Shown: positions 30,036-40,916 of the stretch, piece after piece
Layout: the number at the start of each line of letters is the position of its first letter
Numbering within the stretch: the first letter of the stretch is position 1
Program-made: the position numbers and the translations under genes
Assembly (NCBI GenBank): GCA_918797485.1
Contig: CAKKNE010000002.1
Coordinates: 2,418,001-2,482,000 of the forward strand
DNA from: Pelagomonas calceolata
Lineage: Eukaryota
Length of the DNA: 64,000 bases
Direction: 5' to 3'
Notes under the pieces: model-generated
What the model was told of the DNA's origin: nothing
The model's input: only the letters and a program-made list of their open reading frames with translations
Databases searched by the model: none

Positions 30036-30756
30036 CTACATACCAGGTATTACGACTGACCGGATCCCGGCCTCGGCCCGGTCGGTCGAGATGGGCCCGA
30101 CCTCCGTCCGCCGCAGCTCCTTGCCCGCGTCGAGGAACGCGAAGTGCGGGATCTCGTCGACGCCGAGCCGCTCCCAGAGGACCCGGTTGCTCTCGTCCTG
30201 CGTGTCGACCATGACCCAGGACACCTCGGGGTGCGCGCGCTCGACCTCGTGGAGCCGTTTCGACGACTCGCGGCAGTGCGCGCAGTCCTTGCTGTAGAAC
30301 TCGAGGACCACGGGCTTGCTGGCGCCGAAGGCTGTTTGTAGGTCCATGCCGTCGCGCGCCATGGCCGCGAGCTCGTCGCCGCCGCCGGCGAACGCGACGC
30401 CGGCCGAGAGGCCGAGCGCGCCGAGCGCCGCGGCGAGCTGCGCGCCGAGGCCGCCCAGGACCCCCGCCGCCGCTGGTGCCGCCGCGCTTGCGCCTACGGT
30501 GCACGCGCCGCCCGCGCACGCCGTGCCGGCCGCCGAAAGCATCGTGGCGCCCGCGGCGGTCGCGGCAGTACCCGCGGCGACCGTCGCAGCTGCGGTGGTG
30601 TCAATTTCTGTTTCTGTCGGGGGCGCGGCGTCCTCTGGCGCCTCGGCGGCCCGCAATGCGATCTGAGTTGGCAGCAGAGCGCTGGAGGATGGTGATGGGC
30701 TGAACGCGGCGGCCGTTCCGAGCACAACCACAGCGACCTTACGCATGCGGGCCATG
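30036..30756 (-). CDS. Plastid thioredoxin-like protein (HCF164-like)
   Basis: PVVLEFYSKDCAHC active-site motif, GVDEIPHFAFLD, signal peptide with AAA|FSP and a hydrophobic anchor. Start ATG uncertain (30756 or 30747). Confidence 0.75.
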
Positions 30757-30835
30757 GCTAAACGTGTCAAGTAGCTTTTTGGCAGGAGAGGTTGAGCTAT
30801 TAGCGTCTTTATCAGCAGCAGCTTGCTTGCTTGCT

Positions 30836-30858
30836 GCTAGTGCCTTTCAGACGCTAGC
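30836..30858 (-). promoter_or_regulatory. CTAG-bounded intergenic motif
   Basis: Minus strand GCTAGCGTCTGAAAGGCACTAGC. Confidence 0.7.
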
Positions 30859-31131
30859 TCACGACGCGGCGCTTTTGGGCCCTGGCCAAATTATTGGTGA
30901 TTTTCGGCCTCCGGTGACACCCTGAGAAGCGCGCTGTGCTCACGTATCGCCCTGACAAAGCTGCGCTGCTCCCGGCATCGCTGCGAAGTAAAGAGCTCGA
31001 ACTCGCAGCACCTCGCTCACGACGCCGCGCCCCTGCGCGCGTATTTCCCACAAGCAGCTCTGCTGCTCCCAGCATCGCTGCGACGCGTAAAGGACTCTCC
31101 AGCCCCTCGCTCGCCGCCGCTGCGCGCAAAA

Positions 31132-31467
31132 ATGCTCACCGACCTCGCCCACTGGGCGTCGATCGTCCTGCTGGCCCACGCGGCCTTCTCCTGCGTGCAC
31201 TTCAAGAGCCTGGTCGACGACCCGAAGCTCGTGCCGCCGACCGACGTCGTGATCGAGGTGCTCGTGGCCGTGCTCCTCGCGACGTACAGCTCCGTCGCCG
31301 CCGCGCCGCCGTTGAAACCGATCCGCTGCGGCCAGGACGTCTCGCCGGAGGTCCAGGACGCGGCGTTCCACGCGCCGGAGTTCGCGCACGTCCACCACCG
31401 CGGCAAGGCGCTCGCGGCGCGGCGGCGCGCGCTGAAGGCGGCCTCGGCGCCGCGGCTCGTCGACTAA
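31132..31467 (+). CDS. EMC5: ER membrane complex subunit 5 / MMgT family
   Basis: LLAHAAFS...PPTDVVIEVLVAVLL...PEFAHVHHRGK matches the MMgT pattern. Confidence 0.8.
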   Translation: MLTDLAHWASIVLLAHAAFSCVHFKSLVDDPKLVPPTDVVIEVLVAVLLATYSSVAAAPPLKPIRCGQDVSPEVQDAAFHAPEFAHVHHRGKALAARRRALKAASAPRLVD

Positions 31468-31478
31468 CATATTGTACA

Positions 31479-32598
31479 TTACACAGCCCCTCGCACGTCG
31501 ACCGGCGTGCCGAGCGCTCGCGAGCCCGCCCGCACGAACTCCGCGAGCGGTCCGAAGGCCGGGTTGATCAGGACGGACGTCGAGCCGGCGCACGGCAACG
31601 ACGTCGAGGACAGAATGCCGGCGACGGCGGGGAGCTTTGCCTCGTCGAGGAGCAGCGCGGCGCCGCCGGAGTCGCCGTTGCATACGCCTGTTCCGCCGCC
31701 GCGCAGCGGCTTCGCGAGGAAGTTGCTGTCCGTTGATATTCGTGGCGACGTGTTCACCAGGTCGACGCTCCGCAACAGACCGGACGTGTAGTCCTCGTCG
31801 GACTCGATTCGATCGCCGTACGCGTAGATGCGCATGATGTCCGAGTAGGCCTCCGGCGTCTGCCGCGCGAGGCCGACGGCCACGCGGCGCCAGGCCTTCG
31901 GCGCCGGTCGCGCGAGCTTGACGAGGAGCAGGTCGTTGGCCAATGGCGCGTCGGACAGTTTCAGTCCCGGCACGTCCGAGGGCCGGAGATACCGCGCCAC
32001 GGGCACCGACGTCGCCTTTTTGTCGAAGATATTTGTGCCGAAGACGACCTTCGTTAGTTTGCCGTTGAGCGTTTCGGGGATGTCGACGCAGTGTTGCGCG
32101 GAGAGCACCAGGTCGTCAGCAATTAAAGTACCACTACACGCAGCAGGCACGTCGTGGCGGCACACGTCGCAACCCGTCAAATCGATCCAGAGCGCGACGG
32201 CGCCCGTTTGATGTGCTTCGCTGAGAGTCGTATCGCTGCGTGGGGCATCGCGTCGATGGCGTGACACGTGGCACCATCGACGCGACGTGGACGTGGCACG
32301 CGATGCCAACGCGAACAACGCGAAGATAATAAAGGACGCCGCAAAAGCACTATCCCGCGATGACGGCGCGACTCGGTCGTGCTGTCGCGAATGGCAGCGC
32401 GGCGCCCATTGCGAATGCTTGTCGACGCGACACGCCCGCAGCGAAGGCGTTTTGTAACGACGAGGATTTATGCGGCAATAATTGCATCCGTAGCGCTCGT
32501 GTAGGAGTGATCTGTGTTTTTCGCAGCGCACGGCGTGGCATAAGCGCTGATGCTGCCGCCACAGTTAGCAGTGGTACTGATACGACTATGCACAGCAT
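31479..32598 (-). CDS. Trypsin-like (S1) serine protease, two exons (32598-32351 and 32235-31479), about 334 aa
   Basis: Catalytic triad motifs LSAQHC, NDLLLVKL, CNGDSGG. Removing the GT..AG intron 32350-32236 joins VIAG-Y-DTT and supplies a signal/transit peptide. Confidence 0.85.
32236..32350 (-). other. 115-nt GT-AG intron carrying the introner hairpin motif
   Basis: GTGCTT...CCCCACGCAG on the minus strand; internal inverted repeat TCGCGTCGATGG/CCATCGACGCGA; its removal restores the frame. Confidence 0.8.
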
Positions 32599-32729
32599 CT
32601 GACTTCTATAGAATTGCATGTTTACGCAGCACCGACGCTGCCACCGCAGAGCCTTGGCCCCAAAGTACGGGTTTTATAGACACGCCCCACGCCTCTCTCG
32701 CATTCCGACATGGTCAAGTTACTCCCCTA

Positions 32730-33182
32730 CTAGCGGTGCATGAAGAAGTTCTGGTACACCGTCAGCGCCGCGAGCAGCGACCCCACCACGACGAACGACG
32801 TGTTCCGCTTCTGGAGCTTGTCCGCCTCGAGGTCCGCCTGCCGCTTGTCCCAGGCCTCCTGGCCCTTCTCCGCAATAAAATACTCCTCGTAGGAATTGAA
32901 GCCCGCGTCCCTAATTTGTTCGTTCATTTTTATGATCGAGTACCCGTCCGGGTCGAAGAGGTACTGGTTGTACCGTTCCACGGCCTCTTCATACGTACAA
33001 TCCTCCTTGACCATGGTCTCCTGGACAATGGCCTCGTAGCCCGCCGCGTCCTTTGCCTTCGCGATCGCGCCGGCCATCTCCGGCGAGAGCGCGGGCCGCT
33101 TCGTCATTGGCAACGCGTTCAAGGTGGGGCGGACGAAGGCGTGCGCGCTTGCGACCAGTAACGCTAACGTGGCGCGCGGCAT
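32730..33182 (-). CDS. Small plastid-targeted protein with a C-terminal TM helix
   Basis: MPRATLALLVASAHA|FVRP presequence; hydrophobic C-terminus. Confidence 0.75.
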   Translation of the reverse strand: MPRATLALLVASAHAFVRPTLNALPMTKRPALSPEMAGAIAKAKDAAGYEAIVQETMVKEDCTYEEAVERYNQYLFDPDGYSIIKMNEQIRDAGFNSYEEYFIAEKGQEAWDKRQADLEADKLQKRNTSFVVVGSLLAALTVYQNFFMHR

Positions 33183-33350
33183 CTTGGGCAGTGGTGGGCT
33201 CTCTTAGCTGTGCTGGTCGTGTGCTTGACTAGGGATCGTCAAACTGCACGAGTCGGTCAAGCAGTCGGATAGGGTTGTTCCGCTGCTAGCAGCTCCCGTC
33301 GTTTGTGCTGCAGCGTGAGCTGAAGCCGGTTTGCGCAAAGATTGCTTGTT

Positions 33351-33373
33351 GCTAGTGTCTAAGTGACGCTAGC
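33351..33373 (-). promoter_or_regulatory. CTAG-bounded intergenic motif
   Basis: Minus strand GCTAGCGTCACTTAGACACTAGC. Confidence 0.7.
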
Positions 33374-33600
33374 GCTGGATTTGGGCGGCAAGCAAGCGAG
33401 ACTTGTGTGTGGCGGATCGAGCAGTTACGCAGGTCAGAAGAACGCCTCGCTGGTGGACAGCAAGCAGACTGCACACTCGCGCTCAGTACTGCACAAGTAG
33501 CCATATCACTGCCTCGAGCAAAAACGGAAGAGGGTTGCGGTAGACGCGCAAAAGCTGAGCACACACAAGAGAGATCGCTTACTAGGCGCGCAGGAGGAAG

Positions 33601-34644
33601 ATGAGCGCCGCCGGAAAGCCGGAACCGCTGCGCCGCCGCCTCACCGCGCCCACCATCGACCCCGACATCGGCGCGAGCGAGCTCACGGAGCATGATGATG
33701 ATGACGACGAGGCCGTCGCCACGCCGCCGAAGCAGACGAACTGGGCCGCCACATTAATAGCGGGCGGCATCGCGGGCGGCGCGTCGCGGACGAGCGTCGC
33801 GCCGCTCGAGCGCATCAAGATCTTGTTCCAGGTCCAGGGTATCAGTGCGGGTAGTAGGCCCGTGCTCCACACGTCGGTGGCGGAGTCCCTGCGGAGTCTG
33901 GTACAAAGAGATGGTGTGAGAGGCCTCTGGAAGGGCAACGGCCTCAATTGTGTAAGGGTCGTGCCGTCGAGCGCGATTCAGTTCGGCGCCTACGCTCTGT
34001 ACAAGCAACTGCTCTTCGGGGCGAAGGCGGGCCAGCAGAACCTGCCGACCTACCAACTCATGGTCGCGGGCGGCCTGGCCGGCGCCACGTCGACGGTCTG
34101 CACGTACCCGATCGATCTCGTGCGGGCGCGGCGGACGGTCGATTTTAGGGACGCGGTGCCCAAGAATTTGGTGGCGTCGTGGGTCGACATCTGGCGCGCC
34201 GAGGGCGCGCACGGCCTGTATCGAGGCGTATTACCTTCATTATGCGGCATCGTCCCGTACAAGGCGGTAGACTTCGCGGTGTTTGATGTGCTGAAGCGAG
34301 TGTGTAGGAGGAATAAAATCGGGGTCGACGAGAAGGGCGACTGCCGGCCCTTGACCAAAGTTGGTGTCGGAGGTATTGCTGGTGTGTGTGGTATGACGGT
34401 CGCGTTCCCCTTCGATACGGTGCGCCGTAACTTGCAGGTCGCCACGCTTAAGGTAAGACACGAGGAGAAGCTCGAGACGACCATGTCGGGCTCGATGCGC
34501 GCGATTACCTTGAATTGGACGCGGCCCCTGAATCTCTACCGAGGGCTGTGGCCGAACTATCTGAAGGCGGCGCCGTCGGTCGGCATTTCCTTCGCGACCT
34601 TCGAATCTGTGCGCGACGTCCTGGACAGGCGTTTCGAAAAGTAA
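33601..34644 (+). CDS. Mitochondrial carrier family (SLC25) protein
   Basis: Three PxD/ExxK/R signature repeats: APLERIK, YPIDLVR, FPFDTVR. Confidence 0.93.
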   Translation: MSAAGKPEPLRRRLTAPTIDPDIGASELTEHDDDDDEAVATPPKQTNWAATLIAGGIAGGASRTSVAPLERIKILFQVQGISAGSRPVLHTSVAESLRSLVQRDGVRGLWKGNGLNCVRVVPSSAIQFGAYALYKQLLFGAKAGQQNLPTYQLMVAGGLAGATSTVCTYPIDLVRARRTVDFRDAVPKNLVASWVDIWRAEGAHGLYRGVLPSLCGIVPYKAVDFAVFDVLKRVCRRNKIGVDEKGDCRPLTKVGVGGIAGVCGMTVAFPFDTVRRNLQVATLKVRHEEKLETTMSGSMRAITLNWTRPLNLYRGLWPNYLKAAPSVGISFATFESVRDVLDRRFEK

Positions 34645-34672
34645 ATAGTTATATCGTACGTAGGCGGTCTTC

Positions 34673-35563
34673 TCACGCCTCGCCTGCAGCCGCAGCCTTC
34701 GCGTTGGCGAGCGCCTTCATGTCACCGGCGATGGTCCGGAGGTCTGTTTCGCTCAATTGCGGCAATATCCTCAGGACGTCGTCGATTGGCCGGCGGCCGT
34801 CGATGGGCACGCGGAGATATGACGTCGGAGAGATCATGCCGTACTTTTTCTCGTCGGCGCGCGCGAGGGCTTCCAACGCGGCGGTCCGGAGCTCGTCTTC
34901 GGAGACATCCGCTACACTCAGTATAGATTTGGCCAGGTCGAGGTCGCCGAATGCCTCGCCCCGCCCCTTTTTCTTGGAACGAACCAACTCGGGCGGCGGC
35001 AGAGGTTCGTCGCCACTGGCCTTGACGGCGCCATCGTTGTTGTCGGCGAGATTTACGTCTTCGTCGATTTCACGGCCGCCTTGAGGAGAAGGCGACGCAG
35101 TTTTCGCACCTCGTTTCGAGTGCATCTCTCCGTCCTCGTCCAGATGCTGTTTCACAGGGGTGTCCTTCGTAGGTGGCGTCGAAGCACGCGGTGCCGGAGA
35201 GCCTGGCACGTCGGACGATTCGCGTGTTACCAGCGCCGCCGTTGCCTCGGTGAGGTCGCGCATCTCCGTGTCTCCCTTGGCCTCCTGCTCTGTCGTCGCC
35301 GACGCGAGACGTACGGCGGGCTGTACGGCCGACGCCGCGGCCGTCGCCGCCGCGCGTGGCGCCACCGCCACGGCGTGTGCCGCCGCCGGCGCGGCGGCCG
35401 CCGAGGCGTCTTCGCCGGCCGCCTCGCGGCCCTCGCCGCCGCGCACGAGCGCTTCAATCGCGGCGCTCGGGTCGTCCGCCGCCATGACCTGCCTCGCTTT
35501 CGACTCGTCGAGCTCCCGGACGAGGAGCCGGCGCGTCGCCGCGTCCAAGACGCCGAGCGGCAT
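34673..35563 (-). CDS. Hypothetical low-complexity protein
   Basis: 296-aa ATG ORF with a more ordered C-terminal segment. Confidence 0.6.
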   Translation of the reverse strand: MPLGVLDAATRRLLVRELDESKARQVMAADDPSAAIEALVRGGEGREAAGEDASAAAAPAAAHAVAVAPRAAATAAASAVQPAVRLASATTEQEAKGDTEMRDLTEATAALVTRESSDVPGSPAPRASTPPTKDTPVKQHLDEDGEMHSKRGAKTASPSPQGGREIDEDVNLADNNDGAVKASGDEPLPPPELVRSKKKGRGEAFGDLDLAKSILSVADVSEDELRTAALEALARADEKKYGMISPTSYLRVPIDGRRPIDDVLRILPQLSETDLRTIAGDMKALANAKAAAAGEA

Positions 35564-35860
35564 TGCTAGAGTTTATGTGGCTTGCTGAATGTTGTCTCCC
35601 TTGCGTCGAGGGACCGTCGCGAGGCGTTGTCGGTCGTCGTCCAGTTCTGTTGATCGCGCCCTGTGTGGCGAGTATCCCAATCGCCGCGCGCGCCGTGTAC
35701 GCGCAAAGGCTGCAAAACCCGTCACACAAAACCCGATTTGACCAGCCGCGGAGCGTGCAAGCACTCTCACAGCCGTAGGAGTCCAAGCAGTGGTCTAAAA
35801 ACAATTGATAATTTAACGTAAAAAGCCCTCAGAGCAGCTCGCTGCAGAACTGCGCTCGAC

Positions 35861-38800
35861 ATGCTGCGGGCGGCGATGCTCGCGAGGAGCTGCGCCAGAC
35901 TGCCGTCGGCGGCGTCTGCCGCACGACGCGCCGCGTCGTTAGCGCCGAAGAGTGTACGTGCTACTGCACCGCGCCTGCTCGCGCTAAGTGAAGGAGAGCC
36001 GGCGGCGCAGCGGCTGCAGGCGCTGCCGGCGTCGCTCGCGGCAAGAGGACGGGCGACGGAGAATCTCCAGTCGCTCGCCTTGGAGCCGCTGTCAAGCAGG
36101 ACCACTCTTACGCTGGTCGGGGGCGGTCTTGTGATTAGTGGATGTGCCGGGCTGAAGTCTACGAAGTGCGCGTCGGACGACGACGACGACGACGACGCCG
36201 GCGAAGAAGATGATCCGCTCAAAAGCAAGCTCTGCATCACCAACCTCTACAATTATAAGTACTGCGTCACGGCGCGCATCTTCAAGTGCGCGATGTGGGA
36301 CAAGCACGACGAATTCCAGCGGTGGTGCATCGACGCGTGCAACGCGGCCTACTGCCAGAAGCTCTGGTGCCTGCGCACGGAGAGCGCGGTCCTGGACGGC
36401 ACGGATGCGATGGTCCGCGCGCGAGGGCTGTCGCAGGCGCGGGACCACTTGGTGAACACCCTCAACGTCGTCGCCGACGGCGACTGGAAGAGCGACGCCA
36501 CCAAGGTCCAGTTCGCGGAGACTGCGGTGAAGTACTACGCGCTCGGCTTCGTGGACTTCTTGGGCAACGACGCGGTCTCGCTCCGCGGCGCGGCGCGCGA
36601 CGGCGTCGGGTTTCAAGAATTATGATCTTGGACGAGTCCGTGACAGCGCGTCCTTCACCACAGGTCCAGACGTCGATCGAGGAGTACTGGGACCTCTTCC
36701 ACCCGGTGGCGGCGCTCCACCAGGGGGCGCCGCCCGAGATGCCCTTCGACGCCGCGCTCCTCATCCTCGACGCGTCGTACACCGCGCTGGGGAACGAGGA
36801 CCTGCGCCAGCACGTCGACCTCGAGACGATAGTGAGGATACCGGTGTCGGAGTACACATAGACTTGCGAGAGAGAGACGCGTGCGTGTTGCTGTTTCTCA
36901 CCAGAACCGACCCAACGCAGACCAAAGCGTGTTGCCGCACGGGCAGCTCGACGGAGACGAAGCTGGCCGTCGACCACGTGCTCGAGGGCACGGAGCAGGC
37001 CTACTGGAGAGCGTCGCGGCGGTGACGACCCGTGTCCGACGGGGGCGCGTTTCGTCTCTTGAATCGCAAACACGACGTCTGTTTCAAACACAGGTTCCGG
37101 CCCTTCATGCTCGCCGCCGAGACCGCGGGCCAGGCCCTCGCACGCGTCCGGCCGGCGATCGACGCGCTCGCTGCGTTCTGTGAAGCGCGCGCGTCGGCGG
37201 ACGCGCCGCTCGCTCTCCCGAGCGACGCCGTCCTGGCGCTGGGCGCGGCCGGCGCCGTCGAGGTCGCGGCGGCGCCGCTCGCGACGGCCGTCGCCGACGC
37301 CTTCGTCGACGCGTTCGTCGGCCGCGACGACGTCACGCGCGACGACGTCCTCACCTGTGTGGAAATCAACCAGTGAGTTAGGTTACCTGAGAAATATTGC
37401 CATGAACCTTCGTGAACCTCCACGCCATCGAACCGACGTGGTCATGGCGACAACATCGCGTCGATGGCGTGTTACCCGAAATTTGATTTCCACACAGGTC
37501 CTCGCGGGCCTCCGCGCCTGTTTGGCGGCCGTCGAGCGGTTCGACGAGCCGCTGGCGGCGCTGCGCGAGGCGCTGCGCGGCGACATTAGCCGCGCGGCAC
37601 TCGCGCCCGGCGTCGCGGCGGACGCGGTCCCCTTCGCCGACATCGCGTCGACGCGCGTGCCGGACGTGCTGGAGGCCGCGCGCGAGGCGCTCGGCCGCGT
37701 GGCGCTCGGCGTCGACGACGGCTCCGGCGGCGGCGCGCTCGAGTTCCTCGGCGGCGAGCTCGCGCACCAGACCGCTGCGTTGGATCGGGCGGTCGCGGAC
37801 GGGCAGATCTGCCTCTACGGAGAGGCGGGGAACGGCTACGGCGGAGACAGCGGTGGAGCGGAGATCTCTCGATTGCGCGACGTTGTAGATTGGGATGCGA
37901 TGGACAAGCGGGACGACATCGACACGAGGGCGGCGACGCTGTCCGGCGGCGATCGAGCGCACATCGCGCTCATCCTCCGCGGGTCCAGCGAGACGCACCA
38001 CATCGTCTATGAGGTCGCGCCGTTGACGATGGGGGGCTTCGTCGTCGACGAAGCGCCGGCCTTCTCAATTAGCTGCGTCGTGCGCGCGGCCGACGCGAAC
38101 GTGAATACTTGGGACTCGCTGCCGCGGCACCTCCTCGAGACGGACGCCGCGTGCACGCTCGCCGCGATGCGCTTATGTTTGCACTCGATGCACTCGGGCG
38201 GCGCGCCCATCTCCCTCGACGCGGTGGGCCTCACGGTGGATTACTTGGGGAGGGAAGTCTACAATTTGTTCCGGAAGACCCCTTTGCCGAGCTCTTTATC
38301 ATGTAGCGGTGCCGTCCTCCGCATGGGCATGGGCTGCAAGACGCTCGTGGCCCTCGTGGGCGGCGACCGCTACGATGTCTACGGGCGCGGCAAGAACCAC
38401 TTCGGTACGCCGGCGTACTTCCCGTGGCAGTCCTCCGGCTGCGGCGACGTCGAGTTACACTGGTCGGCCACGGTCGACCCGGGCGCCGTCGACGCCGTCT
38501 TCAATCGCGCGACGGGCCTGACGGCGGACGGGCTGCAGCGCGTGTACGACCGGGCGGTCGAGACACTACCGTGGCGGAAGAGCTGCTACAACGTCTCGGA
38601 CGCCCTCTGCTGCGTCACACTCGTGCGCCCGGACGAGTGGGACATGGTGACGTCGGTCGATGGGTCGGGCGTGATCGAGGGCTCGATCATCGTGCGCGAC
38701 TTGCGCATGGACGTCGCGGAGGAGAACGCGGGCACGGACGGGTTCCTCGCGCAAGTCTTCGCGAATGCGCTCGGGCTCAAGTCGGGTACCGTCCAGTGCA

Positions 38801-39864
38801 TAAATCAATGGTACGACGCCTTCAGTCGACGTGGCGTCTGCTCGACGGCGTGCCTCTACGCTATTGTCGCGACGTCTGCTCGATGGCATCGACGGCTTCT
38901 ACACGCCACTTGTCATGAGGGTCTTTACTACCGTACATTCGTCCACGATTAAGCCAGCACGACTGCGTCGTCGCCGAGAGGTTACCGAGGAAGAATTATC
39001 GGTGCACCTGACTCACTATTCGATTTGTACACAGGCGCCGTCGCCGTCACGGTCGCGAACGCTGCGATTGCGGCAGACGTCGCGCTGCTGCGGGACATTC
39101 CGCGCGGGAGCGCCGTCGTCAGCGGGAGCGTCGATTCTCTCGAAGTGGCGATGGTCGGCGGCGAAACGCCCTTGGAGGCTTTGACGCGCGCGCTCGACGT
39201 GCACTATGCTTTAGAAGAGGCCGAGAGCGACAAGGTCAAGTACGAGTCGCGCGCGGCCGGCTTCGCTGAGAGCCTCACTGAAGCGCTCGACGCAGCCCAA
39301 GTTGGCGAGATTTCGAAGTTGCTGTTATTAGGTGCGGACTGCGTCGGGCCCAATAGCCACGCGGCGGTCGTTGGACGACCCTTCCGGCCGATGGTGGTTG
39401 GGGTTAAAATCGGCCCAAGGCAACGGCAAGTTTACTACGTGAACGACCAGGGGGACAATGTCAGACCGCACGCCTGTTGCGTCGTAGACGACGACTTTTT
39501 GTCCACGCTCTCGAAGGTAGCTGAGGCTGGAGGGTCGTTTACCCATCGGGACGGGTCGCGTATTGGGAAATTACAAGATTCACATGTGGACATCGTCTTG
39601 GTCCCGATCGACTTTCCTATCCGGCATTCATTAACTATTAAATCTGAAAATGCTGCCGAGATGAGGAAAGAGGCTCGCTACCTTTTCACGACCTACGTCG
39701 ACGCTTTATTAGGTTCGGACGTGTCCTTCGACAATGAAGAACTCCGGCGCCATCACGCCGTTTACAAGCTGCAAGACTGGACAAGAAACTCCAGCAAGTA
39801 CAACCCTTGGTTAATGCCGGGGCCGCCCACGGAGCCTTACCCGCCCGGCTTCGGCGAGTCCTGA
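35861..39864 (+). CDS. Six-exon gene of unknown function, about 1127 aa (exons 35861-36604, 36664-36831, 36921-37021, 37094-37346, 37498-38785, 39035-39864)
   Basis: Five GT..AG introns join the ORF fragments in phase; the spliced length of 3384 nt is divisible by 3. The first donor and the start codon are uncertain. Confidence 0.65.
37347..37505 (+). mobile_element. MITE-like introner element (intron 37347-37497)
   Basis: TIR CTGTGTGGAAATCAA (37355) / TTGATTTCCACACAG (ending 37497); 8-bp TSD GTCCTCAC/GTCCTCGC; phase-0 join. Confidence 0.9.
38786..39042 (+). mobile_element. Diverged introner element (intron 38786-39034, 249 nt)
   Basis: Imperfect TIR CAGTGCATAAATCAA / TCGATTTGTACACAG; TSD GTACCGTC/GCGCCGTC; the phase-1 join is in frame. 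Confidence 0.75.
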
Positions 39865-39956
39865 GCTTCTGGGCCTGTATACTATGTGATCCCGTTCCAG
39901 TCCCGCCCCCCTTGATTCTAACGACAGTATTACGGATAGAACTAGCATGCGCACGT

Positions 39957-39978
39957 CGAGCGCCTGTAACACACTAGC
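39957..39978 (+). promoter_or_regulatory. CTAG-bounded intergenic motif, left arm degenerate, in a convergent gap
   Basis: CGAGCGCCTGTAACACACTAGC. Confidence 0.6.
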
Positions 39979-40054
39979 AAATGCGACCGTCGCGTCCCCG
40001 ACCCCCACCCATTCTCGAGGCGGTCCGCGACGTCCTGGACAAGAAATTCGTAGA

Positions 40055-40819
40055 CTAACTAGTGTTGTTAATTTCCTTTTGACACCATTCCTCCGCGAGC
40101 GGCGCCGTGTTCACGAGCCTCAAGAGCCCGGCGAGCTCCTTGCCGACGCCCTTGTAGCCCAAGTACCCCTCCGTCGACTCCGCGACGCGGCCTCGGCAGC
40201 GTTTGACGCTGGTCGCGAATGCGACCAGGAACTTGGCTTTGTTGTTGCGAAAGTTGACCATCGAGATGACGTCGGCGACGCCCTCCTTCGCCGACAGCCA
40301 CGCCGGGTCCAGGTCGTCGGCGCCGTCGGCGCGCGCGGCGTCGCGCAACGCTTTTATTGCTTTGCAAGCGGTACCAGTCAGCGTTTGCGACGAGAGGATC
40401 ACGCCGCAGACGATGATGAACCGTCGATTTGCCGGTGACGAGGCGCCGGCGGCCATGCTCTGCCACGTATTGATCAGCACCTCCGGCCGCGTCTCGTGGC
40501 CGATCGTTCCGGGGCCGTCGCGCTCGCCGGCGCCCATGAGCGGGAGTGGTTTGTGCCGTTTCGCCGGCGGCGCGGCGGCTGGCGCGTCGTCGGCTGGCGC
40601 GTCGTCGGCTGGCGCGTCGTCGTGTGGCGGTGGTGCTGGCTCGCTCGCGAAGAATGACGAGGTAGCAGCAGCTGGCGCGTCATTGTCTGGACTGCTCTCT
40701 TGTATTATTATCTCATCTCGTGCGACCTCCGGCTCTTCAGACGCTGCCGACGCGTCCCCATCAGCATCATCAGCAGCATCCTCAGGACGGTCCTCTACGT
40801 AGGCGAAGCGAGCAAACAT
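40055..40819 (-). CDS. HhH-GPD / endonuclease III-like protein, truncated
   Basis: RFIIVCGVILSSQT, ISMVNFRNNKAKFL and HhH YKGVGKELA; the ORF stops before the catalytic Asp and the FeS motif. Confidence 0.7.
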   Translation of the reverse strand: MFARFAYVEDRPEDAADDADGDASAASEEPEVARDEIIIQESSPDNDAPAAATSSFFASEPAPPPHDDAPADDAPADDAPAAAPPAKRHKPLPLMGAGERDGPGTIGHETRPEVLINTWQSMAAGASSPANRRFIIVCGVILSSQTLTGTACKAIKALRDAARADGADDLDPAWLSAKEGVADVISMVNFRNNKAKFLVAFATSVKRCRGRVAESTEGYLGYKGVGKELAGLLRLVNTAPLAEEWCQKEINNTS

Positions 40820-40916
40820 CGATGCCCCGCCGCTCACACGTCTCGTGCGCTGCCGTTGGCCACAGATGCGGCTTCAACGGCAGCGTTAAGCTCCGAAACG
40901 ACTGCCGAGAAACTGC

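Noticed and set aside
40575..40622. 15-bp tandem repeat GCTGGCGCGTCGTCG
   Set aside because: It encodes a DDAPA low-complexity linker in the HhH protein; unremarkable.
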